Source: Pirellulales bacterium (GTDB lineage: Bacteria > Planctomycetota > Planctomycetia > Pirellulales > PLA5). From it: a stretch of DNA of 61,337 nucleotides. The stretch lies in NCBI GenBank assembly GCA_040901705.1, contig JBBDYI010000374.1, forward strand, positions 1 to 61,337, given 5' to 3'. Below the pieces are notes generated by a model that saw only the letters and a program-made list of their open reading frames with translations, searched no databases and had not been told where the DNA came from. The position numbers were made by a program, and so were the translations under genes. Below are positions 9,820-20,200 of this stretch, one piece after another (within the stretch, counting starts at the first letter, position 1; each line of letters opens with the position of its first letter).

Positions 9820-10157
9820 GGGTGGATTTCTCTCGATCGAGCATACAAGAGGCCAAGGCCGTTATTAGGCCACGAACGAACGGCTGGTGCAAGAGAACGA
9901 TGGACTCGGCACTCGCAGCGCGGGGCATTCTCGCATCGTTTCTCACCGCGCCGCGACACGACGCCATGAGCCACGCGGGAGAAACAACGCATCCGCACCC
10001 TCGCGTAGTCGCCCGCACTCGCCACATTCGCAAGCCGAGGCCATCGGCCATAGCCAGCAGAACGTCAGTAAAATCGCTGGAGTCGATCATCCGGGCAACG
10101 TGCGGCCGCAATGTTGATTCCCTGGAGTTGTCCTGGAATCTATAATCGTTGATTAAT

Positions 10158-10718
10158 ATGACCGACGTTACGCGGATCTTGAGCGAAGTCGAACACGGCG
10201 ACTCAGCGGCCGCCGAAAAGCTGCTTCCGTTGGTTTACAACGAACTTCGCCGCCTCGCCTCCGCCCGACTTGCGAACGAGAATCCCGGCCAGACGCTCCA
10301 GGCGACGGCCTTGGTTCACGAGGCGTACGTTCGCCTGGTGGACGTCGATAAAGCCCAGCATTGGAATTCACGCGGGCACTTCTTCGCAGCCGCTGCCGAG
10401 GCCATGCGGCGGATACTCGTGGAAAGTGCGCGCCGAAAACGACGGGACAAACACGGCGGACAACTACAGCGCGTGGAACTCGACGAGATCGTTCTGGCAA
10501 CCACGACTTCAGACGATCAGCTGCTGGAAATCGACGAAGCGCTGGATGCTCTGGCCGAAGACGATCCCCAGGCCGCGGAATTGATAAAGCTGCGATTCTT
10601 CGCGGGGTTTTCGCTCTCCGAAGCCGCGCAGATCGTCGGTTTGTCTCGCACAAGTGCATATGCCCACTGGGCTTACGCTCGGGCGTGGCTGCGATGTCTG
10701 ATCGAAGGCGAGTCGTAG
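10158..10718 (+). CDS. ECF-type RNA polymerase sigma factor of the kinase-associated (TIGR02999/ECF43-like) type
   Basis: MTDVTRILSEVEHGDSAAAEKLLPLVYNELRRLA...LVHEAYVRL (region 2) and ELIKLRFFAGFSLSEAAQIVGLSRTSAYAHWAYARAWL (region 4). The track ORF opens at TTG 10149; ATG 10158 is the likelier start. No anti-sigma-like ORF is adjacent. Confidence 0.9.
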   Translation: MTDVTRILSEVEHGDSAAAEKLLPLVYNELRRLASARLANENPGQTLQATALVHEAYVRLVDVDKAQHWNSRGHFFAAAAEAMRRILVESARRKRRDKHGGQLQRVELDEIVLATTTSDDQLLEIDEALDALAEDDPQAAELIKLRFFAGFSLSEAAQIVGLSRTSAYAHWAYARAWLRCLIEGES

Positions 10719-10859
10719 AGGCTATCTACAAAGAATTGCCGAGGATCCTGACTGTAGGAGGCGAATACTTTCGCCGAGGCACTTGCTTTGGGGCTCCGTC
10801 GGCTAAAGTATTCGCCTCCTACAGTGTGAAAAACAAGCCCATTCTTTGCGGATAGCCTC
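10717..10859. repeat. nested palindromic element between the sigma and kinase genes
   Basis: Outer arms 10717-10736 (agaggctatctacaaagaat) and 10840-10859 (attctttgcggatagcctct) pair at 18/20. Inner arms 10751-10770 and 10804-10823 are a perfect 20-bp inverted repeat (ctgtaggaggcgaatacttt / aaagtattcgcctcctacag). The left outer arm contains the TAG stop of the sigma gene. Confidence 0.85.
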
Positions 10860-10930
10860 TTAGGCCGTCGACGGCCCGAGAATCTGCACGTTCTTCCCGG
10901 ACGAATTCGCGCCCAACGTCGCACTACGTT

Positions 10931-13900
10931 ATGGAGCCATCGGGCAAGGTGATTGGCATGACAACAAAACTACGCACGGCCAAAGACATTTTCGTCGAAC
11001 TCGTGGCCAACGTCGTTCCCGATCAGTGGGATGCGACCTTGCAAACCGCGTGCGACGGCGATATCGACCTACGCGATCGCGTCCAGGCTTTGCTCCGCGC
11101 GCACGCCAAGCCTGGAGATTTCTTGGCGCGGCCCGCCGTTGCCGCCGATGTCGCGCAGGGTGGAGACGATATCGTCGCCGAGTCGCCCGGTACGCTCATC
11201 GGTCCTTATCGACTCTTGGAGCAAATCGGCGAAGGCGGGTTTGGCGTGGTGTTCCTGGCGGAACAGGAGCGACCAGTCCGGCGAACCGTGGCGCTGAAGG
11301 TCGTCAAGCCAGGCATGGATACGCGGGAGGTGATCGCGCGTTTCGAGGCCGAGCGGCAAGCCTTGGCGCTAATGGACCATCCGAACATCGCCCGCGTCAT
11401 CGATGCCGGGGCGTCCGATCGGGGGCGTCCCTACTTCGTGATGGAGTTGGTCGACGGGGTCGCCGTCACGGAATTCTGCGATCGGAACCGGCTGTCCGTC
11501 GACGAGCGGCTGCGGCTGTTCGCAACGATCTGCCATGCCGTGCAGCACGCCCATCAGAAGGGAGTCATTCACCGCGACATCAAGCCGAGCAACGTGCTGG
11601 TTAAGCTGCACGACGGCGCGCCCGTCGCCAAGGTAATCGACTTCGGCGTGGCCAAGGCGACCGGGCAGCAACTGACCGACCGGACATCGCTGACCCGCTT
11701 CACTCAAATCGTCGGCACGCCGCTCTATATGTCGCCGGAACAGGCTCAGGTCAGCGGCGGCGATATCGACACGCGCAGCGACGTCTACTCGCTGGGAGTG
11801 ATGCTATACGAACTGCTGACGGGCACAACGCCCTTCGACAAAGAGCAGTTGCATCGGGCCGGGCACGACGAAGTACGGCGGATCATCCGCGAGGAAGAAC
11901 CGCCCAAGCCGAGCACGCGAATCAGCACGCTTGGCGCGGCGGCTACGACGGTTTCGACCGAGCGCCAGAGCGACCCGCGTAAGCTCGGTCAACTCGTCCG
12001 AGGCGAGTTGGACTGGATCGTAATGAAAGCGTTGGAGAAGGACCGCGATCGCCGCTATGAGTCGGCCGGCTCATTGGCCCGCGATGTCGAGCGTTATCTA
12101 CGCGACGAGCCGGTACAAGCTTGCCCGCCGTCGACGTGGTATCGTTTTCGCAAATTTGCCCGGCGGAACAAGCGAGTTCTGGCTGCGACGACGTTGTTGG
12201 GATTGGCGCTGCTGGTCGCCGTGGGAGCTGTCGCGGGAAGCTTGGGGTGGGTGGCCCACGACCGTTCGTCGCGGCGACTTATCGCCGAGTTCGAGGCGAA
12301 CCGAGCGCTCGATGAAGTCACCGCCTCGCAGGAACGAGAGAATTGGTCAGCCGCGCTCGCCGCGGTCAAGCGAGCGGAGGAACTGCTGGCCGGAGTCAGC
12401 GACGGCGAGCTACTCAAACGCGCCGGCGAGTCGCGTCGCGAAATTGAGATGGTGCTGCGCCTCGATAGCATCATGCTCGACTTGCAAACGCTGCCCGGTC
12501 AACCGACGCTCTTCGATTTCGCCCAGCCGGATGCCGATTACGCCAAGGCCTTCAGCGAATTTGGCATTCCGGTCGGCGCACTTTCGCCAGCCGATGCCGC
12601 CGAACGAATTCGCCGGTGCGGCGTTCGCCAGCAGTTGGCCGTGGCGCTCGATGCCTGGGCGGAAGCACGGCGCTACGCGGATACGACGCGAGGAGACACG
12701 GTCGGTCCCACATGGCGGCAGTTGCTTGCCATTGCGTCGCTTGTCGATCCAGATCCATCGCGCATTGGTGTTCGCCAGGCGTTGTCGAATCGATCGCGCG
12801 ACAACCTCGAAGACGTTGCTCGCGAGTTGCCGGTAGCCGGTGCGTCGCCCGTGACGCTCGGATTGTTGGGCCGCGCCTTGAGCGATTACGGCGCACACGA
12901 GCAAGCTGAGGTGCTGCTGCGGCGAGCGCAGCAACGGCACCCGAATTCGTTTTGGTTGAATTTCGACCTGGCGATGGTCCTGATCCGACAAAAACCGCCT
13001 CGGACAGACGATGGCATCCGCTTTCTGTCGGTCGCCTTGGCGTTGCGGCCGGATTGCCCTGCCGTGTACGCGCATCTCGTCGCCGCGTTAACCCGGCGCG
13101 GCGCCACGGCCGAAGCCGACGCAATTTGTCAACAGGCCGCCGTTTTTCACGCCGAGTCGGCGGCAATGCACCTGATGCGTGCAGGCGTTCTCGTCGACAG
13201 CGGCCAGCCGGAGCAGGCAATCGCCGCCTGCAAGGAAGCGATCCGTTTGCAACCGAACGACGCTTGGACGCACAACGGCCTTGGGGACATCTTGCGACGT
13301 CAGGGCAAATTGGATGCGTCCCTCGATTGTGTCCGCAAGGCAATCGAAATCGACGCGACGCAGGCGGCGTTCCACACGAACCTTGGCCGTGCTCTGGCCG
13401 GCAAGAATGAACTGAGTGAGGCCATCGCCGCTTTCACCGAGGCACTGCGCCTCAACCCGAATTACGTTCTCGCGCACAATCATCTCGGCCGAGCACTGGC
13501 GGCCCAAGGAGACAACGACGCAGCCATCGCGTGCTACCGCAGGGCGATCGCCATCGATCCGACGCATGCTTACCTTTACAAGAATCTCGGCGTCGCCCTG
13601 GGCGCACAGGGTAAATTCGACGAGGCCATCGCCGCTCACCGCGAATCTATCCGGCTCGATCCGACTGACGCGATCAATCACCAAATCCTCGGCGCGCTTC
13701 TGAGCGGAAATGGTCGGCAGCGAGAGGCACGCGACGCTTTTCGTAAGTCGATTGAGCTCGCCGCCGATAGCCCGACCGCCAACAACGCGCTGGCGTGGTT
13801 TCTTGCTGCCTGTCCCGATTCTGCGCTTCGCGACCCGGTTCAAGCGGTGGAACTGGCGAAGAAAGCCATCGCACTTGCGCCCGATGATGGCAATCTGTGG

Positions 13901-14188
13901 AATACGCTGGGCGTGGCGCAATATCGGGCTGGCGACTGGCCGGCAGCGATTACGGCCCTCGAAAAGTCGATCGCGCTTCGCGGCGGCGGCGACAGTTTTG
14001 ATTGGCTGTTTCTGGCGATGGCTCACTGGCGGCAGGCAGAAAAGGACCGAGCGCGTGAATACTACGAAAAGGCCGTCGAATGGATGGAAAAGCACCCGTC
14101 GCGCGACGAACAATTAAACCGCTTCCGCGCCGAAGCGGAAGCGTTGTTCGGTGGCGAATCTCAGAACACAGAAACCAAATCGCCGTAA
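10931..14188 (+). CDS. transmembrane Ser/Thr protein kinase with C-terminal TPR repeat sensor region
   Basis: Hanks kinase motifs are present: GEGGFGVV, VALK, HRDIKPSNVL, DFGVAKA, GTPLYMSPEQ. There is one TM helix, followed by many TPR-like units (AIAAFTEALRLNPNY, AIACYRRAIAIDPTHA, AIAAHRESIRLDPTDA and others). An alternative ATG start at 10958 is possible. Confidence 0.9.
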   Translation: MEPSGKVIGMTTKLRTAKDIFVELVANVVPDQWDATLQTACDGDIDLRDRVQALLRAHAKPGDFLARPAVAADVAQGGDDIVAESPGTLIGPYRLLEQIGEGGFGVVFLAEQERPVRRTVALKVVKPGMDTREVIARFEAERQALALMDHPNIARVIDAGASDRGRPYFVMELVDGVAVTEFCDRNRLSVDERLRLFATICHAVQHAHQKGVIHRDIKPSNVLVKLHDGAPVAKVIDFGVAKATGQQLTDRTSLTRFTQIVGTPLYMSPEQAQVSGGDIDTRSDVYSLGVMLYELLTGTTPFDKEQLHRAGHDEVRRIIREEEPPKPSTRISTLGAAATTVSTERQSDPRKLGQLVRGELDWIVMKALEKDRDRRYESAGSLARDVERYLRDEPVQACPPSTWYRFRKFARRNKRVLAATTLLGLALLVAVGAVAGSLGWVAHDRSSRRLIAEFEANRALDEVTASQERENWSAALAAVKRAEELLAGVSDGELLKRAGESRREIEMVLRLDSIMLDLQTLPGQPTLFDFAQPDADYAKAFSEFGIPVGALSPADAAERIRRCGVRQQLAVALDAWAEARRYADTTRGDTVGPTWRQLLAIASLVDPDPSRIGVRQALSNRSRDNLEDVARELPVAGASPVTLGLLGRALSDYGAHEQAEVLLRRAQQRHPNSFWLNFDLAMVLIRQKPPRTDDGIRFLSVALALRPDCPAVYAHLVAALTRRGATAEADAICQQAAVFHAESAAMHLMRAGVLVDSGQPEQAIAACKEAIRLQPNDAWTHNGLGDILRRQGKLDASLDCVRKAIEIDATQAAFHTNLGRALAGKNELSEAIAAFTEALRLNPNYVLAHNHLGRALAAQGDNDAAIACYRRAIAIDPTHAYLYKNLGVALGAQGKFDEAIAAHRESIRLDPTDAINHQILGALLSGNGRQREARDAFRKSIELAADSPTANNALAWFLAACPDSALRDPVQAVELAKKAIALAPDDGNLWNTLGVAQYRAGDWPAAITALEKSIALRGGGDSFDWLFLAMAHWRQAEKDRAREYYEKAVEWMEKHPSRDEQLNRFRAEAEALFGGESQNTETKSP
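12175..12258 (+). other. single transmembrane helix of the kinase
   Basis: RVLAATTLLGLALLVAVGAVAGSLGWVAH, flanked by basic residues on the N-terminal side. This places the TPR region on the non-cytoplasmic side (inference). Confidence 0.6.
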
Positions 14189-14222
14189 CGCCAGTCGCGT
14201 CGGCGCCTCGCAGAGTTTTGCC

Positions 14223-17200
14223 ATGATGCGTCGATTCAACGCCAGCAAACGAAAACACCAACTCCGATCGACGCGACGTTACGACGCCAGCCACCAACTC
14301 TCGGTGCTGCGATTCGAGGCACTGGAGGATCGGCGATTATTGTTCAGCCCCTACACGCACATTTCGGCCGCCGAACAGGTGCTGGCCGATCTGACCGACG
14401 ATTCGCAGCTCACGATTGCCGGGCAAGACTATGACGTGCGCCCCGAAGTCATCGCGGCGCTTCGCGACTATCCGGCGTATTATCGCGCCGGCGTGGTCGG
14501 GCCGGATAGTTATCCGGACGTGCCGCTGGGAGCGGGCATCATTCACGCTGAAAACGCCGGCTTGTGGGCGCGGCACGTGTTTCGCGAAGCCTGGGCGGCT
14601 CAAACCGATCCCGGTTACGACGCCGCCGAGCGATCGCAAATCCTCGCCTGGTCGTACGGATTCTTGACGCACATGGCCGGCGACGTGTGGGCGCACACGC
14701 TGGTCAACGATCTGGCCGGAGGCGTCTGGCCGGCGATTGGCGATATTCCGAGCGAGGCCCAAAATGCCGCGATCGTGCTCCGGCATCTGGCGATCGAGGG
14801 TTACATCGCCGACTACACGCCTGGCTACGACGGGAACCCGACGCGCAACCCCGGCGATACGAGCGACACGACAACGCCGGAACTCGTTTTCGCGGTGCCG
14901 CACGAGTTCGTCTACAAAACGCTGATCGAGCCGGATAACGGCTTGCATACCGAAACGCGCGGCGTGCTAATCGACCGATTCTTGAGCCTGCGTGCGACTT
15001 TGGAAGGCTTGAAGACCCCAGCCAACCGTGACCTTCGCAGCGAAGCGAGCACGGCGGTGTCCGATGTCCTCGGCAGTCTCGACGCGGCCGAAGCGGCCTT
15101 CGACGCAGCGGCCGGCCCGTGCTTCGATACATTCGACCTGACCGCATGCGTGCAATCGCTCGGCAATCTTGCCAAGTGGGGCGCGGTAAATTCCGCCGCC
15201 GCGTTCGAAAGCTTCCGCCTGTCGACGCTCGACGACTTGGCAACCGCTCTGTTCGATTCCTATTTGAACGAGTGGATCGGCAACATCGACGCGGGATTGC
15301 GGCACTGGACCGAGTTCAGCCTGGCCGTCAGCAATGCGTTGCTGAATCCGCAAACCCGCCGCGACGCTCAAGACTACCTTTGCGCGCCGCGCGGTGGCGA
15401 GTTCGATCCGGCCCGCATCGCGTGTGAAGATGATGTCGGCTTTCTAGACGTGATTTCCTATGCGACGACCGATTTCGTAAACGATTACTTGCTCGGCATG
15501 CTCGGTGCGCCCGACTTCTTGGGCGGGTTGCGGGAGAAGTTGCAGGACTTCGCTCACACGCTCGACTTGGCGTTAGGCCCCGCATTCAATCCAATGCGAT
15601 TGACGCAAGACGCGCTGCGGGACTTGAGCCAAACCATCTCGCACACGGCTTTAGAGGCCACATTTGGCGTCGATTTGAATTTGCTCGAGAGTTTCCTCAA
15701 GACGCCGTCGGCGATGCTCGACGTGACCGAGATCGACCTGGGACCAACGTTCGGAGTTACGCCGTTGTTCCAGCCGGGCGATCACGCGCGGTTGGACCAA
15801 CTGTTGGGAATCGTGGGCACCGACCATCACGAGACCACCGATCCCAAAGTTCTCAAGGCCGACGAGGCGTTCGATCCAACCAGCCCGACGGTGTTCGCGG
15901 CCTACGCCAACACCGTGACGATGTCGAAGCTGCTGCTACTCGACGGAGCGACGCTCGACGACGTGTTGGGTGACATCATCGGCGAGCCGGGCTTCGCGTT
16001 CTATCAGCTTGTCGACACCGACTTGCCGGTCCGTGGCAACGTAATGCTCACGCCGCTGCCGGGCGTCGGCGCAACCGAATTGTTGTCGTCCGAATTGATG
16101 GACTCGCGATACCGCAACCAACAGTGGCTGCACTCGATCGACCACGACCACGCCTGGCGGGCCGACGGGCTGCCGGCGTTCGCCAACAGCAACGCGGCGG
16201 GCGCGCACAATCGGCCGCTTGACGACGGCTTTCCCAACAGCGGCGGCCTGGGCAATTTCCCGTTGTGGGAGAGCGCGACGCTGCGGCCGGCGTTTCGCGT
16301 GCTGTTCCGCGATTGGGAGAATCCGCAAGGCTTTACGGACTTCCGCGATGACTACGGCGACGCGCCGACGATAAATCCCGTCGAGCGTTTGGACGACCCC
16401 GGCGTGGCGGCGGCGCTCGAAGCCGGACTGGCCGAGACGATCGAGTGGTTCGGCTCGCTCGACGGAGCGGCTTCTCCACCGGCAAGTTCGAATTCGCCGC
16501 CCGTTCCCGCGGCGTCGCCGGACGCATTGGCGTTACTCGCACAGCCGTTGCCGCTCGTCGGCATGTCCGTTGGGCAGGCCCTCGATATCGAAGGCCTGTT
16601 GCGGCAGCTACTGCTCGAACCGGTCGAAGCGTACTTCGGCGGCGACGCCACGCCAACGGCGGCGGAACTGGTGGCCGTGCTGTCGCAACTTTCGACGACG
16701 GTCGGCGACGTCCAAGCAGACGTTGCGCCTCTTGGCGCGGGCGGCGGACTGGCGCAAACCGCGCTCGGCGAGGAACTCGCATTCAGCATACGGCTGACGG
16801 CTAGCCGCACGCGCACCGACGTGCCGCTGTTGCTGCCCAGCCAAGACGTATGGGGAATTACGCTCGGCGCGGCGGCGACCGTCGACTTGACCGCGACATT
16901 GGCGATTGGTCTGACCTTCGGTTACGACCTCACGCCCGGCGTATCGGCCGCCGATGCGTTCTTCATCTACATCCACGAGTTGACTCCTGGCGTCACGGTT
17001 CGAACGGACGACCTGAATTTCTCGGCAAAGGTCGGCTTCTTGGACATCGGTATCGAGGATGGCATCGTAAACCTTGACGCCGAGTTGCCTTTCGAGGTCG
17101 TCGATCCAGGCCCCGATCTGTTGGGGCGGATTTCGTTGGCGGACTTGCAAGCCACCAGCCCAGCCATGCTGTTCGACGTGGCCGCGCCCACGGCGACGTT

Positions 17201-20200
17201 CTACGCAAATCTGCCCGTGACCGGAGGACTCGGTGGTTTTTCGCTCAGTCCGTTCTACAGCACACGGCCGTCGATCGAGGTCGAGGACGACGACTCTTTC
17301 GACGCAACCCCACCCCAGACGCGCGTCGAGAATTTCGACGAGCTGCTGAACTTCAACGCGCTGTCGCCGCAAACGGTCGTCGCGGCGCTCGAGCAACTGG
17401 CCGGCTGGCTCGACAATTTTTCGCAGTCCGCGGTCATGGCGACGCCGATTCCATTGACCGGCGGAACGACGCTCGGCGACGTGGTCGCATGGGGCGAAAC
17501 ATTCGCCGCAAGGATTGTCTCGCCGCTGAAGTCGCTCACCAGCACGCCGCTGTTCGACACCGCCGAGGAATTGGCGAACCGCTTGGCCGAGGCGCTCGGC
17601 CTGGACATAGCGGCAATCGACGCCGATTACAACTGCTTCACCGACGAGTTGACCTACAAGCTGAATCTGTCCGATGTCCTGCAACCGATCGACGTGCCAA
17701 TCGATTTCGACCTGGAACTCGGCTCGGTCGGACTCTTGAGCACGTCGAGCACGCTGCGCGTTACCGGATCGGCGGACATAGAACTGACGCTCGGCTTCAA
17801 GTTGTCGCCGCTAGTCGCGGTGGTGACGGCCGCGGGCACGGCGCCGTCCGACGGCGTGTTATCCAGCGACGCTCACTTTGCACTGACGGTTGGCGACGGT
17901 GGCCCCATGCCGATCGTTGTGCCGCGCGATGACGCGAATACGTCCGTGGCGGACCTTGTGGCCGACATAAACGCGGCGATCGACGCGACGTGCCTGAGTG
18001 GGCGCGTAACGGCGTCGCACGACAACGGCACGTTGCGGCTGGCCGCGCGGGTGATCGACTCCGCACCGTCGTTTCATTTGGAAGCAACGGCCGGCGACTC
18101 GGCGATCACTGATTTGCATTTCGCGGCGACGAACGCGGCGACCGCATCAACGCTCGACCGGTTGTTCGTTCGCGATCCGCGTCTGACCGCCTCGCTGCAC
18201 ATGGCGGCCGACGATGTGGACGCGCTTGCGCGATTCGGATTCATTGGCATCGAGGTCGTCAACGGCTCGGCGACGGCCGACGCGTCGATCGACGTTTCGC
18301 TAACCGACCCGGGAACGGTCGACCCGGACGGCGACATCAGCATCACCGAGTTGTGGACCGCGTTGAGCGATGTTTCGACACTTGTGCCGTCGCCCGAAGT
18401 GTCCGGCAGCGCCCATGTCGTGCTGCCGATCCGGTTGAACCCGAACTTCCTCGGCGCGGAGCACCCGGCCGACCCGCGGATAACGGTCGATTGGCCGGAC
18501 ATCACCAACGCCGGCACGCTGACCTTGAACTTCAACGAAGACATGCAGGAATTGGCGAATTTCGAGTACGTGTCGCAACTTGACGTGATCGACGCGCTGG
18601 CGAGCGCTGCGGAATACCTGGCGTCGCTCGAGGAATTCTCGTTCCTCGGCGAGAAATTGCCGCTCGTCAATCGCAGCGTGAGCGATATCCTCGGCTATGC
18701 CGCGGAGTTCACGCGGCAAGTCCAGTCGGTGCGAGACGACCCGGGCGCGACGTTGCAGGAATTGGAACGGCGATTGGAAGTGGCGCTGGGATTGGTTCCG
18801 GACAGCCCACTGGTCAATCTTTCGTTTGACGGCACGGCGCTGCGGATCGAGCTGGTCGCGGCGGCAGCGTTTGACGAGTCGGTGGCGATCGACTTGGACC
18901 TGGCCGCGCTGTCGGCCGCCGCCGGGGGCGTGCCGGGATTGGAAAACGTGTCGCGACTGGTCGACTTAAGCGGCTCGGGCGTGTTGTCGCTCGCGGCCAG
19001 CGCCACGGCCAACATTCAGTTGGGAATCGACGTCGCCGATCCGTCCGACCCGCGGTCGTTCTTGTACGACACCACCGAGCTTGTCGTCGAAGTGCGGGCA
19101 ACCGGGACCGATCTCAATTTCGACGCGCCGCTGGGGCCATTGGGCGTGTACATTCGTAGCGGCGTGGCCGTGTTGGACGGCGACGGCATCATCGGAACGA
19201 CCGCGCCCGCGCGATTCAGCGTCTCTCTCGTCGATCCAAACGGCGACGGCCGGATCGACTTCGCAGAACTGGCCTCGCTCAATCCGGCGATCGTCGATGT
19301 CGATCTGACCGGCCAGGTGCGGGCGACATTGCCGGTCTATTTCCCGAGCCAAACAACATGGCTCGGCGACATCGACCTGAGAATCACATCGCTTTCCGAT
19401 ATTCCCGGAACAATCGAACTGACGGCGCCGCCGATCAGCGGACAATTCGGCCTCGTCAACCTGCTCGACAACTTGGGCGTGGTCGTTATCGGACTCGACA
19501 GCGTCCTGGCGCGTATGCAGGACGCGCTCGACGGCGTGGTGTTCGCCGCGCGATTGCCGCTCATTGGGCGCGATCTGCAAAAGAGTGCCAAGTTTATCGA
19601 TCGGCTGCGGGAAGAAGCCGTGCAGCCGCTGGCCGACCTGCTCACCGACACTCCGCCCGTGGACGCGGTGCGTCAAGGACTGTTCGACATTCTGGGTCCG
19701 TCGGGGTTGAACCTGCTGGACAAGGACTTTCACGACGAACTGTCCGACAACGTGCCCGACGCCGCGGCGAATCTCGACGACGTGGTGCTCGAAGTCTCGA
19801 TGGGTGGCAACCAGATTCAATTCAACGTTCGCCTGAAGCGGGCGATGGAACTGGTCGACGCGCCGATTGCGTTCGACGTGGGCCTGCCGGCGCTGGGATT
19901 GGAAGTGGACGGCGACGTCAGTCTGCGGTTGGGTTATGAGCTTACGCTCGGATTCGGTGTCAACATCGCTCAGGGTTTTTACTTCGACACGTCGCCGCAA
20001 AACGAACTGCTCGTCGAATTGGAAGCCACGATTCCCGGCATGACCGCGACCGGACACCTCGGCTTCCTCCGCGTCGACGTCGAGGACGACCCGACCATGC
20101 CGAGCCGGCTGACCGGAAGCTTTGCGATCGACCTGATGGACCCGATCGACAACCCGCTCGACCCGGACGACGACGACCAGTTGTCGATTCTCGATCTGGC

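Noticed and set aside
10114-10146. TATAAT at 10141-10146 as the -10 box of the sigma-factor gene (which would imply a near-leaderless mRNA).
   Set aside because: No acceptable -35 element lies at 16-18 nt spacing (TTGATT is 21 nt away and TTGTCC is 7 nt away). ECF genes are also often autoregulated from non-sigma70 promoters.
14151-14222. ATG at 14151 as the start of the giant gene, overlapping the kinase by 38 nt.
   Set aside because: It is not excluded. However, the encoded MANLRTQKPNRRNASRVGASQSFA lies within the kinase 3' end, and ATG 14223 gives an N-terminus similar in length and style to the other two LE-R-LL proteins. I kept it as an alternative.
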